Positions 17,597 to 30,044 of a stretch of DNA of 31,807 bases are shown in pieces (position 1 is the first letter of the stretch; every line of letters begins with the position of its first letter). The DNA lies in IMG/VR virus record IMGVR_UViG_3300048851_000227, positions 1 through 31,807 of that record. The stretch is one strand, 5' to 3'. Both the position numbers and the translations under genes were made by a program. A model generated the notes under the pieces. The model had not been told where the DNA came from. It did no database searches and worked only from the letters and a program-made list of their open reading frames with translations. Source of the stretch: a virus. Lineage: Duplodnaviria; Caudoviricetes.

Positions 17597-20133
17597 GAAT
17601 CGGCGCTAGTATAGCGGGTCTACTGGACGGCATGCGACAAGCAAGCGCGGCAGTTAGAACCGCTACTCTTGATATCAATAGCAAGCTGGTTGATTCTTAC
17701 AAACGTGCCAGCAAAGAGCAGGCGGTTTTCAGGGGCGGACTAACGAAACTTGGAGATGAGCTAACGGGAATTGGTACAAAGTTACAACTGTTTACTACCC
17801 TCCCTGCGCTTTTTGCTATTGGCAAATCATTTAAAGACTTCGCTGAGCTTCAAAAGCTCGAAAAGGGTTTAAACCGTTACGGCGAGTCTCTAGAGAATGT
17901 CCGTGAACTTGCTAAGCTGCCAAATATCGGGATCTTCGATGGAGCAAGGAGCTTGATTAGCTTGAAAGCTATGAAGGTTAATAGCGACCTTGCTACAAGA
18001 TCAATCAAGGCATTTGCTAATGCAATTACCGATGCTGGCGGGTCTGCGGTTGACTTGGAGCCTGCAATGATCAACCTCCGGCAATTCATAGCAACCAAGC
18101 ATATTAATCAAGTCGATCTAAGGCAGTTATCCGCCAGGATGCCTCAGACAAACGACGCTATGCAGTCGGCGTTTGGAACGCAGGACGTTGAAAAGCTCAA
18201 CGAAAAAATGGGCTCAATGGGAGTTACAAAATTCATTGAGAAATTCATAGCGGAGCTCGAGAAATTACCAAAAGCAGGCGGCGGAGCTGCAACTGCTATG
18301 GAGCAGTTAGGGGATAGTGCAACGTTCTTTTCAGCTGCGATTGGTGAAGGAGGAGATAAAGCCTTTGACATTACCGGCAAGATATCAGGCTTAGGAGGAG
18401 TACTCGATAACCTATCAACGAATTTTAAAAGCCTAACTCCAGAGGCGCAAAAATCTGTTTTCGCCCTAGGCGCTGCTGCGGTCGTAATCCCGACCGTAAT
18501 AACTGCGGTAGGAGGATTGATTAAGCTTTGGCCTCTTTTAACTGCCGGTTTTGGCCTCGTGGCTACAACTGTCGGAGCGCCCGTTGCTGCAATTTTAGGA
18601 ATAGCGGCAGCGGTGGGCGTTGCGGCGGCGGCGATCATTACTAATTGGGATTCTATAAAGAGTTTCCTAGTTGAAACTTCCTGGTGGAACACGCTGATAG
18701 GAGGTGCTAAATCTGCGCTCGGGGTATTAGGAGAGCTTTTTAAAGTTGTCATTAATCTAATACAGGGCGATTGGGATAACTTCGGTAAAGCAGTTGTTAA
18801 CGTTTTTAAGAACATATCAAATCTGGTTGTCACCTCAATAGGGGCAACTCTTAAAGCAATAACGGGTATCTTCTCGAGTGCCGCATTAGGGCTCTTTGCG
18901 ATATTCGATAAAGACATTTCCGGGAGCGACCTCTACAAGGGCATTAATTCGGCCGTAGGTAGTATTGATGGACTTGTTAATAAGTTCAAATTCGATGTGC
19001 CGGATTCTTTCGGAATGGCGAGAGGGGCAATTAAGACGGTTAAGGATGTTGTAACCGGCACTACTCCGGAGATAAAATTACTTGGAGACGAAGCAAAAGA
19101 TACTGGAGGTAAGTTTGAAAAGCTTGGTGAGCAACTTTCGTATTTCGCGCAAGAGACGAAGAACATTAAATCTTCGATGCGATGGAAAGAAGAGCAGAAC
19201 GAACTAACTGCAACCATAAAGGCCTATAAAGAGCTTTATGGTGTTGTTGCCGGGCTGAATGTAGAAAGGCTTAAAATCGGGGGCTCAACATTAGGCGGAT
19301 CAACTTTCGCAGGCTTAGAAAGCGGCAAGGGAAAAGTCGCTGCGATAGCTGAGCAGAAAATGGAGGGTACGCTTTCGGAAGCAAACAAAGGCTCCCTGAA
19401 ATTCTACTCCGAATATAATACACAGCTTGCCGCTTCTGTCAAACTTCAAGAAGCATTTGGCGCTAGCTTAGACCTTGGGAAGGCAAGGCAGTATTTCTCA
19501 GGGCTACCAAAATTAGCCGGTGAGAGTGCGGATCAGTATGCAGAAAGGCTCAATAGTATAGTCGAAGTATCAGCCCGATTGAGCGATAGTCTTTCTGATG
19601 CTTTGAAGAATGCGGCGAGCGAAACCGCCTATGCTTTTGGGGAGCTGATCGGCAATCTAATGTCCGGAGCAGGAGGTATAGAGGATTTTGGTAAAAGAGT
19701 CCTTGGATCTTTGGCGAGCATGCTCAAGGATATGGGTAAATCTCTTATAGCAGCTGGTACAGCAGGTATTGCCCTTAAAGTCTTTGGTAAGAATCCAGCA
19801 CTAGCGCTAGCCTCTGGTATTGCCCTGGTTGCGCTTGGAACACTAACGCAAAATAAAATAAGTAGGCAGGCGGGAGAAGCTACAACCCGATTCGCAAAAG
19901 GAGGATTTGCATACGGCGAAATGAATGCCATTGTTGGGGATAACCCAAACTCAAGGTTTGACCCTGAAATGATTGCCCCTTACTCTAAGGTCGATCGATC
20001 AATTAAGCAAAGCATAAAGGAAAGTGGTGGCGGCTATGGAGGTGTTTACATCCCCGAGTTAAAACTACGTGGGGAAGATTTATACGTCGCCTTCAAGCGA
20101 GTTGAAGCAAACAACAAAGCATTAGGCAGATAA
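17566..20133 (+). CDS. Tape measure protein
   Basis: 855 aa, Ala/Gly-rich helical, hydrophobic middle, NWDSIK, C-terminal FAKGG..GDNP..PEMIAP. Confidence 0.93.
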   Translation: MAAEVGAANIRIGASIAGLLDGMRQASAAVRTATLDINSKLVDSYKRASKEQAVFRGGLTKLGDELTGIGTKLQLFTTLPALFAIGKSFKDFAELQKLEKGLNRYGESLENVRELAKLPNIGIFDGARSLISLKAMKVNSDLATRSIKAFANAITDAGGSAVDLEPAMINLRQFIATKHINQVDLRQLSARMPQTNDAMQSAFGTQDVEKLNEKMGSMGVTKFIEKFIAELEKLPKAGGGAATAMEQLGDSATFFSAAIGEGGDKAFDITGKISGLGGVLDNLSTNFKSLTPEAQKSVFALGAAAVVIPTVITAVGGLIKLWPLLTAGFGLVATTVGAPVAAILGIAAAVGVAAAAIITNWDSIKSFLVETSWWNTLIGGAKSALGVLGELFKVVINLIQGDWDNFGKAVVNVFKNISNLVVTSIGATLKAITGIFSSAALGLFAIFDKDISGSDLYKGINSAVGSIDGLVNKFKFDVPDSFGMARGAIKTVKDVVTGTTPEIKLLGDEAKDTGGKFEKLGEQLSYFAQETKNIKSSMRWKEEQNELTATIKAYKELYGVVAGLNVERLKIGGSTLGGSTFAGLESGKGKVAAIAEQKMEGTLSEANKGSLKFYSEYNTQLAASVKLQEAFGASLDLGKARQYFSGLPKLAGESADQYAERLNSIVEVSARLSDSLSDALKNAASETAYAFGELIGNLMSGAGGIEDFGKRVLGSLASMLKDMGKSLIAAGTAGIALKVFGKNPALALASGIALVALGTLTQNKISRQAGEATTRFAKGGFAYGEMNAIVGDNPNSRFDPEMIAPYSKVDRSIKQSIKESGGGYGGVYIPELKLRGEDLYVAFKRVEANNKALGR

Positions 20134-23100
20134 TGGGTTTAAAGTACTTCTCGAAATATACTGATGTTGATGGAAACGGGCGTGAGGTTAGGTTCTTTAA
20201 AGAGGACTACGACGGAGCTCCTATCGAATGGGTAAACGGTTTTGGCGCTGTCACTTTTACGTGCGGCTCCTCAGATTCATTTTTTCCTGATCAGCCGATA
20301 GTCACGTCACAGGCTCGGATCAATTTGATTTTCAAACAACGCTATGATCTAAGCGAGTTTGTATTCAATAGAAAGACTTTTTTTTGTGAGGTAGTAGACA
20401 CAGACCTGCAAAGAATACATTGGACGGGGTGGGTTGAGCCTTGGAATGCTGCGCACGATTACGCTAAACCGCCGTATGAAGTAAGTATTACAGCTAGTTG
20501 CGGATTAGCGCATTTGTCGCGGAAGAAGTACAAAAGCTTAAATACTAATTTCAAAAAGACCGGTCTTGAGATAGTTCAAGAATGTCTTGAGATTATCGGT
20601 TCAGATCTACCATTCCGTCTCTCTACTAATATCGTAGAGAATAGCTTTGAAGGAGAGGATTTATTGGGCTTGACCTCCTTCGAGCAGTCGATTGCTCGCT
20701 ACTACAATGAAAATGGCGAGGCGTTGATGTGTGCGGAGATTGTTAATGATATCCTAAATCACTTCAATGCTGAAATAACACAGTGGGATAATAAATGGGT
20801 AATCCGGGCTGTTGTTGACAATTCGACAGGTCTTGCTACTGACTATTTTGACATTGACGCTGAGGGAATACCTATGGCGTGGCCGCAAGTATATGCGGTT
20901 AATGGTACTGATTCTGTCTCTGAAGATGGAGGCCAAATCAGAATCCTTCCACCCATAACCAAGTACAGAACAGAGGTAGATCTAGGAACTCAACTACCAT
21001 TCTTCCCTAACGGGAATATGGTAATCTGGACTGAGGATGGACTTGCAGGCTGGGACTTTACCCACATGGATAAAGGTAATCCAGGCTGGGAACGCTTTGA
21101 AATGGGTACCGGTGAGGATAGTAAAGGAGTGCTTAAAATTAATGGAAAATCCCCACAGCCATATCGGAAAAGAAAGAAGTTAAAGCTGTTTCAGAAACTC
21201 ACGAACGCCGCAATAAATATTAGTATAGCGGCTACCGGCGCGGTAGGTGCTCTTTTGAATAAGGGTATCATAAAAGGGAAATGGGAGGATATTGAACCAG
21301 CGCAATATATTGAATCCTCTGGTGGATCTATTGGAAGGGGAGATAAGAGTGTTACGATTTCTTTCGATTATGAAACAGAAGCCTTCGCCTCTGATATATT
21401 AATTTCTATTAGAATACCTGTTACACAGCTAGCGACCGGGAAAGTCGTTAATTTCTGGGTTGATCCAGATAGTAACGTTGCGTTATCAGGTGCAGATAAA
21501 ACTGCGGCAGGTGCTTCTGAAAAGTTTTGTTTAATCCGTATCCCTCCGGTGGATATGGGTAAACTAACCAATAAAGGAAATTTAGATGCATCCGGAAACC
21601 CTAATTATCCCCCTGCAAATTTTATCCAAGGATCAAAGAACACTGATTGGACTTGGACTGTCACCGGTGTTCCGGAAGGAGAGTTTAGAAAAGTCGGGGG
21701 CGTTGATGGTGTTATCGTTGAGAATGGAGATCTAATTATTGCTCGTGTTCCTAATAATGGAGGAACTCAGGCGGCAGTGGGCGCAAGCTGGGAAGTTATA
21801 AGTATTCGCAACAATACAAAAAAAGGCTCATTCTCTCTTTCAGTAGCGCTTAATACTCTATTTATTACTAAACCTGGGGAGCCATTTCCAGCTGATAAAA
21901 TCTACGTTCGGTTTTATAAAATGGCCGACGATGAAGGTTTTCCGGGTGACTGGTATAAGGTGTACAACCTGAACGGACGATTAGACGGATTTATAGCGAG
22001 CGATGCTTCTGCCAAGTATGCTACAACCTTAGAACGTGGTAATGTTACCGACGAAGAGGCTGCTACCATCAACCTTATTAGCGGGGATTATAACCCTTGG
22101 TATAGCGGCTCTTGGACTAAACCAGGTTCAATAGAAAATACAAATTCCTGGAGAAGGCGACCGTTCTTGAAGGAGAGCATGAGCATTTATCGAGCTATGA
22201 TGCTCGACCGCTTATGTATGACTAGCAGGCCTTTAATTGTGTTTGAGGGAAAAATCATTATCCGCCCTAAAAAGAACGCAATTAGTTATCTGCACCGCCT
22301 CATGTTCGAGGATCAGGGCAATAAGATATTTAGAATTGTAAGATACTCTTACAATGACTACCTGAGGCAGGCTAATGTAACTGCAATCGAAGTAAAATAT
22401 GAAGAAATCCCGGCTTCCGAGTTAAAACAGGATTCTTACATACCTGGCTCTCGTCAGCTAAACACCATTCCAGGGCAAGGAGACGGGGTTTATCCATCTA
22501 AACAGGACAGTACTAACGGCCGTTTAAACGCGGAAGATTTACCCCTAGAAACTGAGGAAATTGTTGAGTTAGTTCAGGCCTCCGGAAGAATGGCTTCGTT
22601 GTTCGATAAAGTCCCTCCGTTGGTGTTTACCGCTGGTCAGGTTGGCACAGATTCGGTTGATCTTAATAAGTATGTAGCAGATTACCTCTTGGAGATTGAA
22701 GAGGATTATGATCTAGCTGATCAGATTAATTTAAACCTTCTGAAATGGGAGTTAGACGAAAGGCCTACATGGGTTACTTCTCAAAGTGTGGTCTTCTTAA
22801 ATGTTTCGGTAACGGGAAAACCAATTTCTCCGGGAGAGTATTCTATTACATTTAACGTTTCTGAGGTCGATGCTGAGCCGCTTCTCGATGATGAGGGTGT
22901 AGAAATCGAGGTACCGATTGTTAAAATTCCGGTTACTATACCAATTGTTGTCTATCCTAAGACAATCATTGGATACGAATATCTAAACAGCTCTGCCGCA
23001 ACTCCCGTTTTGATTGGTAGCCTACCTGGCGTTTACCAGGTTCAAACTAAAAGCGATTTCCGTGTAACAATAAACGGCTCGCATACGAAATGGCAGATAT

Positions 23101-26100
23101 CCATCTTTGGAGGAGGCAATACCAGTGATAACGAACCTTACACCGTTAGTCAAGAAGTTTCGCTAACCAATAAGGGAACTTACAGGATGTTTGATGAAAC
23201 AAACGGTATTGTTTTGCCTGCGGGTAATTACCGAATGTTCGTAACAACCTGGATAGGAGAAACAATTGTTAGCCGTAACAACATAGTATTTACGCTTTAC
23301 GATGAAGAGTTTTTAAACCTGCTGAAATTTTTCTTTACCAAAAGTGGAACCCAGCTGGCTCCGATATCGTACGACGGAACAACTGCATTAATCAATCCCG
23401 GTGCGGCTAACATCCAAACGGTAATAACCGACACCGAGCACGACAAGGTAGTAATTGTACTTGATAAGATGCCTGATGAGGCGGAATTGTCAAGAAAGAC
23501 GCATACTCTCGTTAATTCAGCCACAAGCGGGAATTACAATCTTTATGATGCAGATCAAGAGTTTGTTCCGGGAGACTACAGGGCTACAGCTTACTTATAC
23601 CTCGATGAAGAGGAAGTATTAGTAAGGTACGTTCATTTTAAGATTAACAAAAAGTCAGCTACTCCGGTTGGCGGATTATTGAAGCTAACTCAAAAGGTAG
23701 CCGCAGGTACAACTACTTTTAAAGATATCGCAACACTCCCAGAAACGGGGGGATTGTACGCTTTGCCGCAGCCAGCATTTAACGTGTTGTCTGATTCCAT
23801 TACAGAAGAATTCGATTGGGAGGGGCACACGTACGAACAAAAGAGGGGAGATAAGCTCATCCTGGTAGACTCTGGATCGGTTACTTACCCATATCCTGTA
23901 ACTCAATCACAATATTACATCTTCGGTAATGTTGGTAGTGTTGGAATAAAGGGAGTCCACGTTTCACCATCGAGCCAGCGCGCAACAGTTACTAGGAGAT
24001 TAGGCGGCGAGTCGGGAGAGGTAGTGGCGATTTTGAAATCTGATTTTTCTTTCGGGGTTCTTGAGGATCTTGAAGATGTTGAAACAGAAACGCCTGGGGG
24101 AGGGCTTACCGATTATATAGCTAGAGACGGTCTGGCGGAAGAAATTATTGATTACATCAAGTATTTCGATGTTCTGTATGATGGAATCTCAATCGGGTTA
24201 AATGCAGACAATGAACTCGAAGTCCTCGATGAGGGGATAACTTTTTCGAAGATCCAGAACTTACCGTCTATGACGGTGATAGGCAACCTGTCAGGTACTA
24301 GCGGCGTGCCTTATGCTGTCGATGTTAAGGATATAATGGAAGAGGCTGAGTTGGGAGACCTAATCACGGCCATTGCAATAAAAGACTACATCACGCAGCA
24401 GCTGGCGGATTCCCTAGCTGACTATATGCCTTTAACGATTGCTTCGACTGGTAATATTATTCCAGTTTATGCGGGCGATGTTAATGCATATACCTTCACA
24501 GGTATTTCTTTGTTGAGTTCGGCAGCTACGGACATTCCAAATACAACGCCTGGGATGCTTATCGCAGGCGCAAATGGAAATAATGTATCACAGCTTGTAA
24601 TTACCCGATCAGGGGATAATTCTTATTATCGTGGTGTCACAGCCGGGGCGCTTGGAACGTGGTATCAGATAGCCTCTCGACAGTTTACAGATACTACCTA
24701 TGTGAAGGGCACCCCATCCGCAGTAGATTGGGATATTGTACACAATACGCCCAAAAGCTTCTTTAATACCAGTACCGCAAACGCGCCAACTGCCGCCGCG
24801 TATCATGGTGTATGGTTATCTCATTCGGGTAGTGCCTCTTATGGTACAGAGCTAGCTTTCCGAAATGGTGCAGCATGGTTAAGAAGCAGAGAAGTAAACG
24901 TTTGGGGGCAATGGATTCAGTTAGCCGACAGAAATTGGGTAAACGCAAAACAAATAGTTGCTGGTTCTGGATTGATTGACGGAGGCACTTTGCTAGACAA
25001 TCCGTTAACTATTAACCTTGGTACGCCTTCAACATTATCCAATTTAACCACGAATGCAGCGACAGCAGATAGCCATACTCACGCGATCACAACGGGAAAC
25101 CTAGTTCAAGGTGCAAACATTGTTTTAACCGGGGATTTAGCAAATAGGTTAATTGGCGCTGGTAATGTGACTATCGCGGCAACGGCTATTCCCTGGACAA
25201 TCGTCACTAACCGCCCCACTACAATTGATGGCTTTGGGATCACTGATGGAGTAAGAGTTAATGATTTAAACCTAGCCTTAACAGGCAAGGAAAACACTTT
25301 TAGTAAAGGTGACTTAATACAAGGGTCAGGTATTTTACTGCAAGGAATTTTAACAGATAAACTTGTAGGCTCTAGCGATGTTACTATTTCCCTTCAATGG
25401 TCAGGAGTAGCGGCGGGATCTTACCGCCGTGTAGATGTTGATTTGTTCGGGCGGGTAACAGGAGGCAGCAACCCGACTACGCTAGCAGAATACGGACTTG
25501 ACACAACCGTATTTAATAAGACGGAGATAAACGGCTTTTTAGCTGGGAAAGAAAATACATTCTCGAAAGGAAACCTTGTCGAAGGATCAGGAATAAATAT
25601 CAGTGGTACTCTAGCTGGTAGACTTGTAGGAGCGTCGGATTTAACGATTGCCCTTCAATGGTCTGGCGTAACAGCGGGTACCTATCGTTCCGTAACGGTT
25701 GACCTATTTGGAAGAGTGACGGGAGGTTCTAATCCGACTACCTTAACCGATTATGGACTTAATACTACGGTATACACCAAAGCAGAAGTTAACGCTTTGA
25801 TTTCTTCGTCGGCGGGTATAGATGGATCAGGAACAACGGGTTACTTTCCAAAGTTTATAGGCGCTACCACGCTAGGGAATAGTGTAATGCGCGATACTGG
25901 TGCAGAAATCAATATTGCGGATATTAGATCTTTCGGAGTAGAAGGCCCCGCTGCGATGAGAGACTACCTTCACGTATGGGGATATGCGTCATTTGGAACG
26001 GCGAGTAGTCACGGCACCTTAGTAATCCATAATCAAGCCAGCGCAACAGCGGACGCGAGTGCAGCCTTAGAAATAAGAAGTACATCTAAGGGACTTTTGT

Positions 26101-26264
26101 ATCCTAGAATGACGCAGGCTCAACGACTAGCAATTGTAAATCCGGCGAAAGGATTGGTTGTCTACCAAACAAATACAGTACCCGGGACTCCGAGTTCTGA
26201 CGAAGGACTTAAGGTTCATGTCACAGGCGGTTTCTGGGTAGGAATGGCCGAGAAACCAGCATAA
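20133..26264 (+). CDS. Large mosaic tail tip/fibre protein (2043 aa)
   Basis: Directly follows tape measure; Ig-like segments, knob-like segments, HTH tripeptide motif, [16 protein letters not shown] fibre repeats. Confidence 0.85.
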   Translation: MGLKYFSKYTDVDGNGREVRFFKEDYDGAPIEWVNGFGAVTFTCGSSDSFFPDQPIVTSQARINLIFKQRYDLSEFVFNRKTFFCEVVDTDLQRIHWTGWVEPWNAAHDYAKPPYEVSITASCGLAHLSRKKYKSLNTNFKKTGLEIVQECLEIIGSDLPFRLSTNIVENSFEGEDLLGLTSFEQSIARYYNENGEALMCAEIVNDILNHFNAEITQWDNKWVIRAVVDNSTGLATDYFDIDAEGIPMAWPQVYAVNGTDSVSEDGGQIRILPPITKYRTEVDLGTQLPFFPNGNMVIWTEDGLAGWDFTHMDKGNPGWERFEMGTGEDSKGVLKINGKSPQPYRKRKKLKLFQKLTNAAINISIAATGAVGALLNKGIIKGKWEDIEPAQYIESSGGSIGRGDKSVTISFDYETEAFASDILISIRIPVTQLATGKVVNFWVDPDSNVALSGADKTAAGASEKFCLIRIPPVDMGKLTNKGNLDASGNPNYPPANFIQGSKNTDWTWTVTGVPEGEFRKVGGVDGVIVENGDLIIARVPNNGGTQAAVGASWEVISIRNNTKKGSFSLSVALNTLFITKPGEPFPADKIYVRFYKMADDEGFPGDWYKVYNLNGRLDGFIASDASAKYATTLERGNVTDEEAATINLISGDYNPWYSGSWTKPGSIENTNSWRRRPFLKESMSIYRAMMLDRLCMTSRPLIVFEGKIIIRPKKNAISYLHRLMFEDQGNKIFRIVRYSYNDYLRQANVTAIEVKYEEIPASELKQDSYIPGSRQLNTIPGQGDGVYPSKQDSTNGRLNAEDLPLETEEIVELVQASGRMASLFDKVPPLVFTAGQVGTDSVDLNKYVADYLLEIEEDYDLADQINLNLLKWELDERPTWVTSQSVVFLNVSVTGKPISPGEYSITFNVSEVDAEPLLDDEGVEIEVPIVKIPVTIPIVVYPKTIIGYEYLNSSAATPVLIGSLPGVYQVQTKSDFRVTINGSHTKWQISIFGGGNTSDNEPYTVSQEVSLTNKGTYRMFDETNGIVLPAGNYRMFVTTWIGETIVSRNNIVFTLYDEEFLNLLKFFFTKSGTQLAPISYDGTTALINPGAANIQTVITDTEHDKVVIVLDKMPDEAELSRKTHTLVNSATSGNYNLYDADQEFVPGDYRATAYLYLDEEEVLVRYVHFKINKKSATPVGGLLKLTQKVAAGTTTFKDIATLPETGGLYALPQPAFNVLSDSITEEFDWEGHTYEQKRGDKLILVDSGSVTYPYPVTQSQYYIFGNVGSVGIKGVHVSPSSQRATVTRRLGGESGEVVAILKSDFSFGVLEDLEDVETETPGGGLTDYIARDGLAEEIIDYIKYFDVLYDGISIGLNADNELEVLDEGITFSKIQNLPSMTVIGNLSGTSGVPYAVDVKDIMEEAELGDLITAIAIKDYITQQLADSLADYMPLTIASTGNIIPVYAGDVNAYTFTGISLLSSAATDIPNTTPGMLIAGANGNNVSQLVITRSGDNSYYRGVTAGALGTWYQIASRQFTDTTYVKGTPSAVDWDIVHNTPKSFFNTSTANAPTAAAYHGVWLSHSGSASYGTELAFRNGAAWLRSREVNVWGQWIQLADRNWVNAKQIVAGSGLIDGGTLLDNPLTINLGTPSTLSNLTTNAATADSHTHAITTGNLVQGANIVLTGDLANRLIGAGNVTIAATAIPWTIVTNRPTTIDGFGITDGVRVNDLNLALTGKENTFSKGDLIQGSGILLQGILTDKLVGSSDVTISLQWSGVAAGSYRRVDVDLFGRVTGGSNPTTLAEYGLDTTVFNKTEINGFLAGKENTFSKGNLVEGSGINISGTLAGRLVGASDLTIALQWSGVTAGTYRSVTVDLFGRVTGGSNPTTLTDYGLNTTVYTKAEVNALISSSAGIDGSGTTGYFPKFIGATTLGNSVMRDTGAEINIADIRSFGVEGPAAMRDYLHVWGYASFGTASSHGTLVIHNQASATADASAALEIRSTSKGLLYPRMTQAQRLAIVNPAKGLVVYQTNTVPGTPSSDEGLKVHVTGGFWVGMAEKPA
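25284..25805 (+). repeat. Tandem 261-nt (87-aa) intragenic duplication
   Basis: [31 protein letters not shown] starting at 25284 and 25545; many synonymous differences. Confidence 0.9.
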
Positions 26265-26289
26265 AAATTCATCATCAATCTAAATCAAA

Positions 26290-26679
26290 ATGGAAAGCAA
26301 CATCAAGAGGATTTTCGATTTCACGGCAGTAGCAAACAAGTACCAGGAGAAACACCCTGAGGAAACAAAGTTGCTTCACTCAATAAAACGGGTACTTCCA
26401 AGTGCTCAGGCCTGCATTGCCGAATATCGGGAATTGCAAGAGGATATTGATATTGAATTTGCCAATACGGACGAACACGGTTCAATCCTGTTTACTATCG
26501 GATCTAATGGATTGCGAGAGTACAAGTTTAAAAAAGAGTCTCTAAAACAAAGGGATGAAGCAAGCAAGAAATTGCTAAACGAGCATCAATTCAAAGTGGA
26601 TGAACACATCTCCGCTGAGCTCCCCGAAAGTTTCAGGGAGGAATACAGACAATACTTTACCGGTTTCGTAATAGACTAA
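26290..26679 (+). CDS. Hypothetical protein, possible fibre chaperone
   Basis: 129-aa charged helical ORF between two tail genes. Confidence 0.65.
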   Translation: MESNIKRIFDFTAVANKYQEKHPEETKLLHSIKRVLPSAQACIAEYRELQEDIDIEFANTDEHGSILFTIGSNGLREYKFKKESLKQRDEASKKLLNEHQFKVDEHISAELPESFREEYRQYFTGFVID

Positions 26680-26681
26680 GG

Positions 26682-29600
26682 ATGAGCAACCAACCAGTTA
26701 AGATAGGTACATATCCTATATTTAGAGATAATCCATTCTCCCTTCAGGTGGAATTTGCCACTCCGGAGGCGATAGTTTCCCCTGTTGTTGTTGAGATATG
26801 GAGAAAGGGTATATTGATCACAACCGCAGCCGCATCGGTATCCGGAAGCTTCATTTCTTTTACTCTATCAAAAGACTTACTGAATAGCCTCACTTTGTAC
26901 TTATCCTATGATTTGTACGTCAAGATGGGAACTGCCTATCAATTGTGGGCACCAATAACTATAACTACGGAGGGATCGGTTTCTGATACGCGATCGGCGA
27001 TGGTTTCATTACCTTCTGTTGGTGTAGTTAAAATTTCCACATACAGCGATTTTGCGTCAGTTCAAGAGGCTAAACTATACAGTGAACAGGCTAAAACATA
27101 CAGAGATGAGTCGTTTGTTAATTCCCGTACCTATATCCCAATGGGAGATTGGAACGCGACAACCAACACGCCTACCTTAACATCAACAGCGCCAGTCGCA
27201 GACGCTCAAGGCCGCTACCGGGAGTACATTATTACCGATCCCGGAAATATGCTATTTGGTATATCGAACGTAGCTAATGGTGCACCTATCGGTTATGGAA
27301 CTCTTAAAGCAAAGGCAGGTGGACTCTGGTTTTACAGTGCTGCGGATTCTGCCGCGCTGGATCGAGTCGCTAAACTGGAGAATACTTTTTCAACTGGCGT
27401 GAACCTGTTCGATTACGAGACCATGGTTGAGCCTGGCGGCGTAGACTCGGCGGGTAATGGGACAGTAGCGGGAGGCAATTTTAGGGGTACTATGAATATC
27501 CTCCCGAATACTACTTATACCATTTCAAATAGGCTCACAAATTTATATATTCGATTTGGGAACGCGGCGAACACAAAGGTTGGTTTTCATGCTTTTGCTG
27601 GTCATGTTGATGCTCCTGTAACTTTTACAACTCCGGCTACCGCCGAGAAAATGCTATTTTCGTTTTATAACGAAACCACGCAGGGGAACGTACCTAAAGA
27701 TAAATTCCAAGTACAACTTGGTACGCCTACTGAAGTAGTAACCTATCCATATTACAAGAAAATGGAGAAGTTAGCTTCTAAGGTAATTGACTTTGCAACC
27801 CTAGATAATGCTGGCACTGAGGACAACTCAATCGTAAACAGACAGGCGGTTAAGGATTATTTGATCGAGAATAAATATCGTAAAATGGACGGTATTACAG
27901 AGTACTCGCTTAATCTAGCTGATCCTAAATATATCGTTGAGCATGCATGGGTACATAATACTGCCGGGCGCTGGATTAGGGAAAACGATAAAAGAGCGCT
28001 GGTTATTCCTCTCATTCCCGAAACAGCTTACAGATTGACCGGAAGAGGCTGGAATACTACGCTTTCGTTTTTCACCTCAAATAAAGGAGACAGGGCTTTA
28101 ATAAGTCAAATAACCACAACAGCCGCTTCTATCAATTTCACAACGCCAGCTCACACCGGCGATGTTTGGCTCTATACATCAATTGACTTTGATGCAACAA
28201 CGTGGAACGCTACAAATGGTACGCTTATGCTTTCGCAAGGCGTAGTTGCCAGACCATACGAAGCGCCTGGCGTAAAATCTTTCACGCCAACACACATTGA
28301 GGACACCCCGATAAATTTTGTGTCCACATCGGGTACAGAAAAACAGATTAAACTAGCTGACCGTAGCCTCATAGGTTTTTGGAGTAATAGCTATTCCGAA
28401 GGCTACCCCGCCTTACCTACAAAGGATTATATCAGTGTGATATCTCAGTTCTCAGATTGGGGAACTTACAACTATGGTTTATCCGGTCAAGATGTCGCGC
28501 AGATTTTAACCAGAGTGAGGGCTGATACAGCAAGATGGGTTAACGGCGTAACGCCTACTTCATACAAAGGCGGAGGGTATATTGTTATAATGGATCTTAC
28601 TAATTCCTCGGGGCACGCAATGTTTGCCTCCGGGTATGAAACGTATTTCGGGCACGTAAAAAACCTTTGTGAAATAGCGCTAGCCAATGGATATCAACCA
28701 ATCATTGCAAGCGAATGGAAGAACTCAAATAGTACTGAGTTTATCTATGCAGCAATGAGCGAATTTGCTAATCAAAACAACATCATGTTTGCCGATGTTT
28801 ATGACACCGCACGATTTTTAATAGGCTCGAAACCTGCTAAATATTATTCGCTTGATCACCCAGGCGTAAGGACTAACAGGCTACTATCCGCTCCCTTCTC
28901 ACGCTACATCAATACTTTGCCGCGTCCTGAATGGGGGATTAAAATATTCCGCAAAAGAGCGCAAAAGTCAGTAGCTACAATCGCTGACCTAGGGTATAAT
29001 ACGATAGCCGCTCGAGCCGAGTTCTTTAAGGAAATCCACAATTCTACGCGAGTTATCCAGGACGGTTTTAAACAGTACTACGATGATTTAGCAGCATTGT
29101 CAGCACTAGGCTATAAGATTGATAACGTATTTGAATATGATACGCTGCAAGCTGGTGGGAATATCCCAATGCAAGATTATATGCTTACCGAGTTTATTAT
29201 TAACTCAACCAGCGTTAACACAAAATCGTTGAAAGTTTATATAGGCGCTTCCGGTCTGACTACCTATGCGTACAACCGAAAAACTCAAGTCTGGGACGCT
29301 ATCGCCAACACAGCCGGAACGATCACTATTGCAGATCCGCGTTTGTACCTGCAATACGACAAACTAAGTATACTTTCCTTCAAAGCGAGTGCCTTTACAA
29401 TCGAAGAGCCGTATATATTATTTGACGGTATAGAAGGCAAGAAGCCGCTAAGCAAGCCATTACCAGCAAGAAGAAGCGGTACTAATCTGCTTGCTACTTC
29501 ACATTTCAACGCAGGGGTAACAGGCTGGACTGTAACCGGCACAATGGCAGCACCCGCAGCGGCCAACGATAATAGTATGCCTACTGGAGTGACACAAGTA

Positions 29601-29969
29601 GCGACCATCTCGACGGGCGTAACCGTGAGGCAGTCGGTAACCCTGGCAGCATCAACAACAGTACCAGTAGCCCCAAAAAGGAAAGCTCAAATTGTTGTAG
29701 TAGGTAGGTATAACCCGGCAAGCTACCCTTCAAGCTCTACCTACCCGGTAGGAAGTCCAATAACTGAGGACACCTTCGACTTTGCTAAGGTTAAGATCAT
29801 TATCACAAAAGGGGCTAACTCCGCGGTGAGCAATGAGCTTGTAGGTCTTTGGTGGGAAGATATTAGAATAGACTGCGATATTCAAAGCACAGATACAACA
29901 ATCTCAGTAGCCGTACAGCACGTTGATAAGGACTTTGAATTAGCTAGCGTTTCACTTGTTATTGAGTAG
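26682..29969 (+). CDS. Receptor-binding/tail protein with SGNH-hydrolase-like domain
   Basis: N-terminal anchor-like region, GDWNATTNTPTL motif, SGNH-like blocks WSNSYSEG / NYGLSG / DLTN / LDHP, C-terminal beta-sandwich-like region. Confidence 0.75.
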   Translation: MSNQPVKIGTYPIFRDNPFSLQVEFATPEAIVSPVVVEIWRKGILITTAAASVSGSFISFTLSKDLLNSLTLYLSYDLYVKMGTAYQLWAPITITTEGSVSDTRSAMVSLPSVGVVKISTYSDFASVQEAKLYSEQAKTYRDESFVNSRTYIPMGDWNATTNTPTLTSTAPVADAQGRYREYIITDPGNMLFGISNVANGAPIGYGTLKAKAGGLWFYSAADSAALDRVAKLENTFSTGVNLFDYETMVEPGGVDSAGNGTVAGGNFRGTMNILPNTTYTISNRLTNLYIRFGNAANTKVGFHAFAGHVDAPVTFTTPATAEKMLFSFYNETTQGNVPKDKFQVQLGTPTEVVTYPYYKKMEKLASKVIDFATLDNAGTEDNSIVNRQAVKDYLIENKYRKMDGITEYSLNLADPKYIVEHAWVHNTAGRWIRENDKRALVIPLIPETAYRLTGRGWNTTLSFFTSNKGDRALISQITTTAASINFTTPAHTGDVWLYTSIDFDATTWNATNGTLMLSQGVVARPYEAPGVKSFTPTHIEDTPINFVSTSGTEKQIKLADRSLIGFWSNSYSEGYPALPTKDYISVISQFSDWGTYNYGLSGQDVAQILTRVRADTARWVNGVTPTSYKGGGYIVIMDLTNSSGHAMFASGYETYFGHVKNLCEIALANGYQPIIASEWKNSNSTEFIYAAMSEFANQNNIMFADVYDTARFLIGSKPAKYYSLDHPGVRTNRLLSAPFSRYINTLPRPEWGIKIFRKRAQKSVATIADLGYNTIAARAEFFKEIHNSTRVIQDGFKQYYDDLAALSALGYKIDNVFEYDTLQAGGNIPMQDYMLTEFIINSTSVNTKSLKVYIGASGLTTYAYNRKTQVWDAIANTAGTITIADPRLYLQYDKLSILSFKASAFTIEEPYILFDGIEGKKPLSKPLPARRSGTNLLATSHFNAGVTGWTVTGTMAAPAAANDNSMPTGVTQVATISTGVTVRQSVTLAASTTVPVAPKRKAQIVVVGRYNPASYPSSSTYPVGSPITEDTFDFAKVKIIITKGANSAVSNELVGLWWEDIRIDCDIQSTDTTISVAVQHVDKDFELASVSLVIE

Positions 29970-30010
29970 TAACCTTCCTGTTGAATTTCTCGATTTAGAT
30001 AATAGTACGT

Positions 30011-30032
30011 AAAAAAGGGGCTTTTGGCCCCT
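30011..30032 (-). terminator. Intrinsic terminator of the GNAT operon
   Basis: Plus strand A6-GGGGC-TTTTG-GCCCC; U tract lies on the minus strand. Confidence 0.75.
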
Positions 30033-30044
30033 GATTTATTGCAA

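Larger units (their letters stand above)
1..29969. mobile_element. Temperate HK97-like siphovirus/prophage, probably Bacteroidota; boundaries not resolved
   Basis: Repressor, antirepressor and integrase plus a complete syntenic packaging-head-tail gene set; no att duplication identified. Confidence 0.93.

Noticed and set aside
18144-18917. 257-aa antisense ORF and other ORFs overlapping structural genes
   Set aside because: Shadow ORFs of well-supported genes with biased codon use; no motifs
25284-25805. Diversity-generating retroelement TR/VR pair
   Set aside because: Both copies are in frame within one gene, differences are not adenine-specific, and no reverse transcriptase is in the window
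8588-29969. Capsid-forming PICI or gene transfer agent
   Set aside because: A full tail module argues against cf-PICI; repressor, integrase and HNH/cos packaging argue against a GTA
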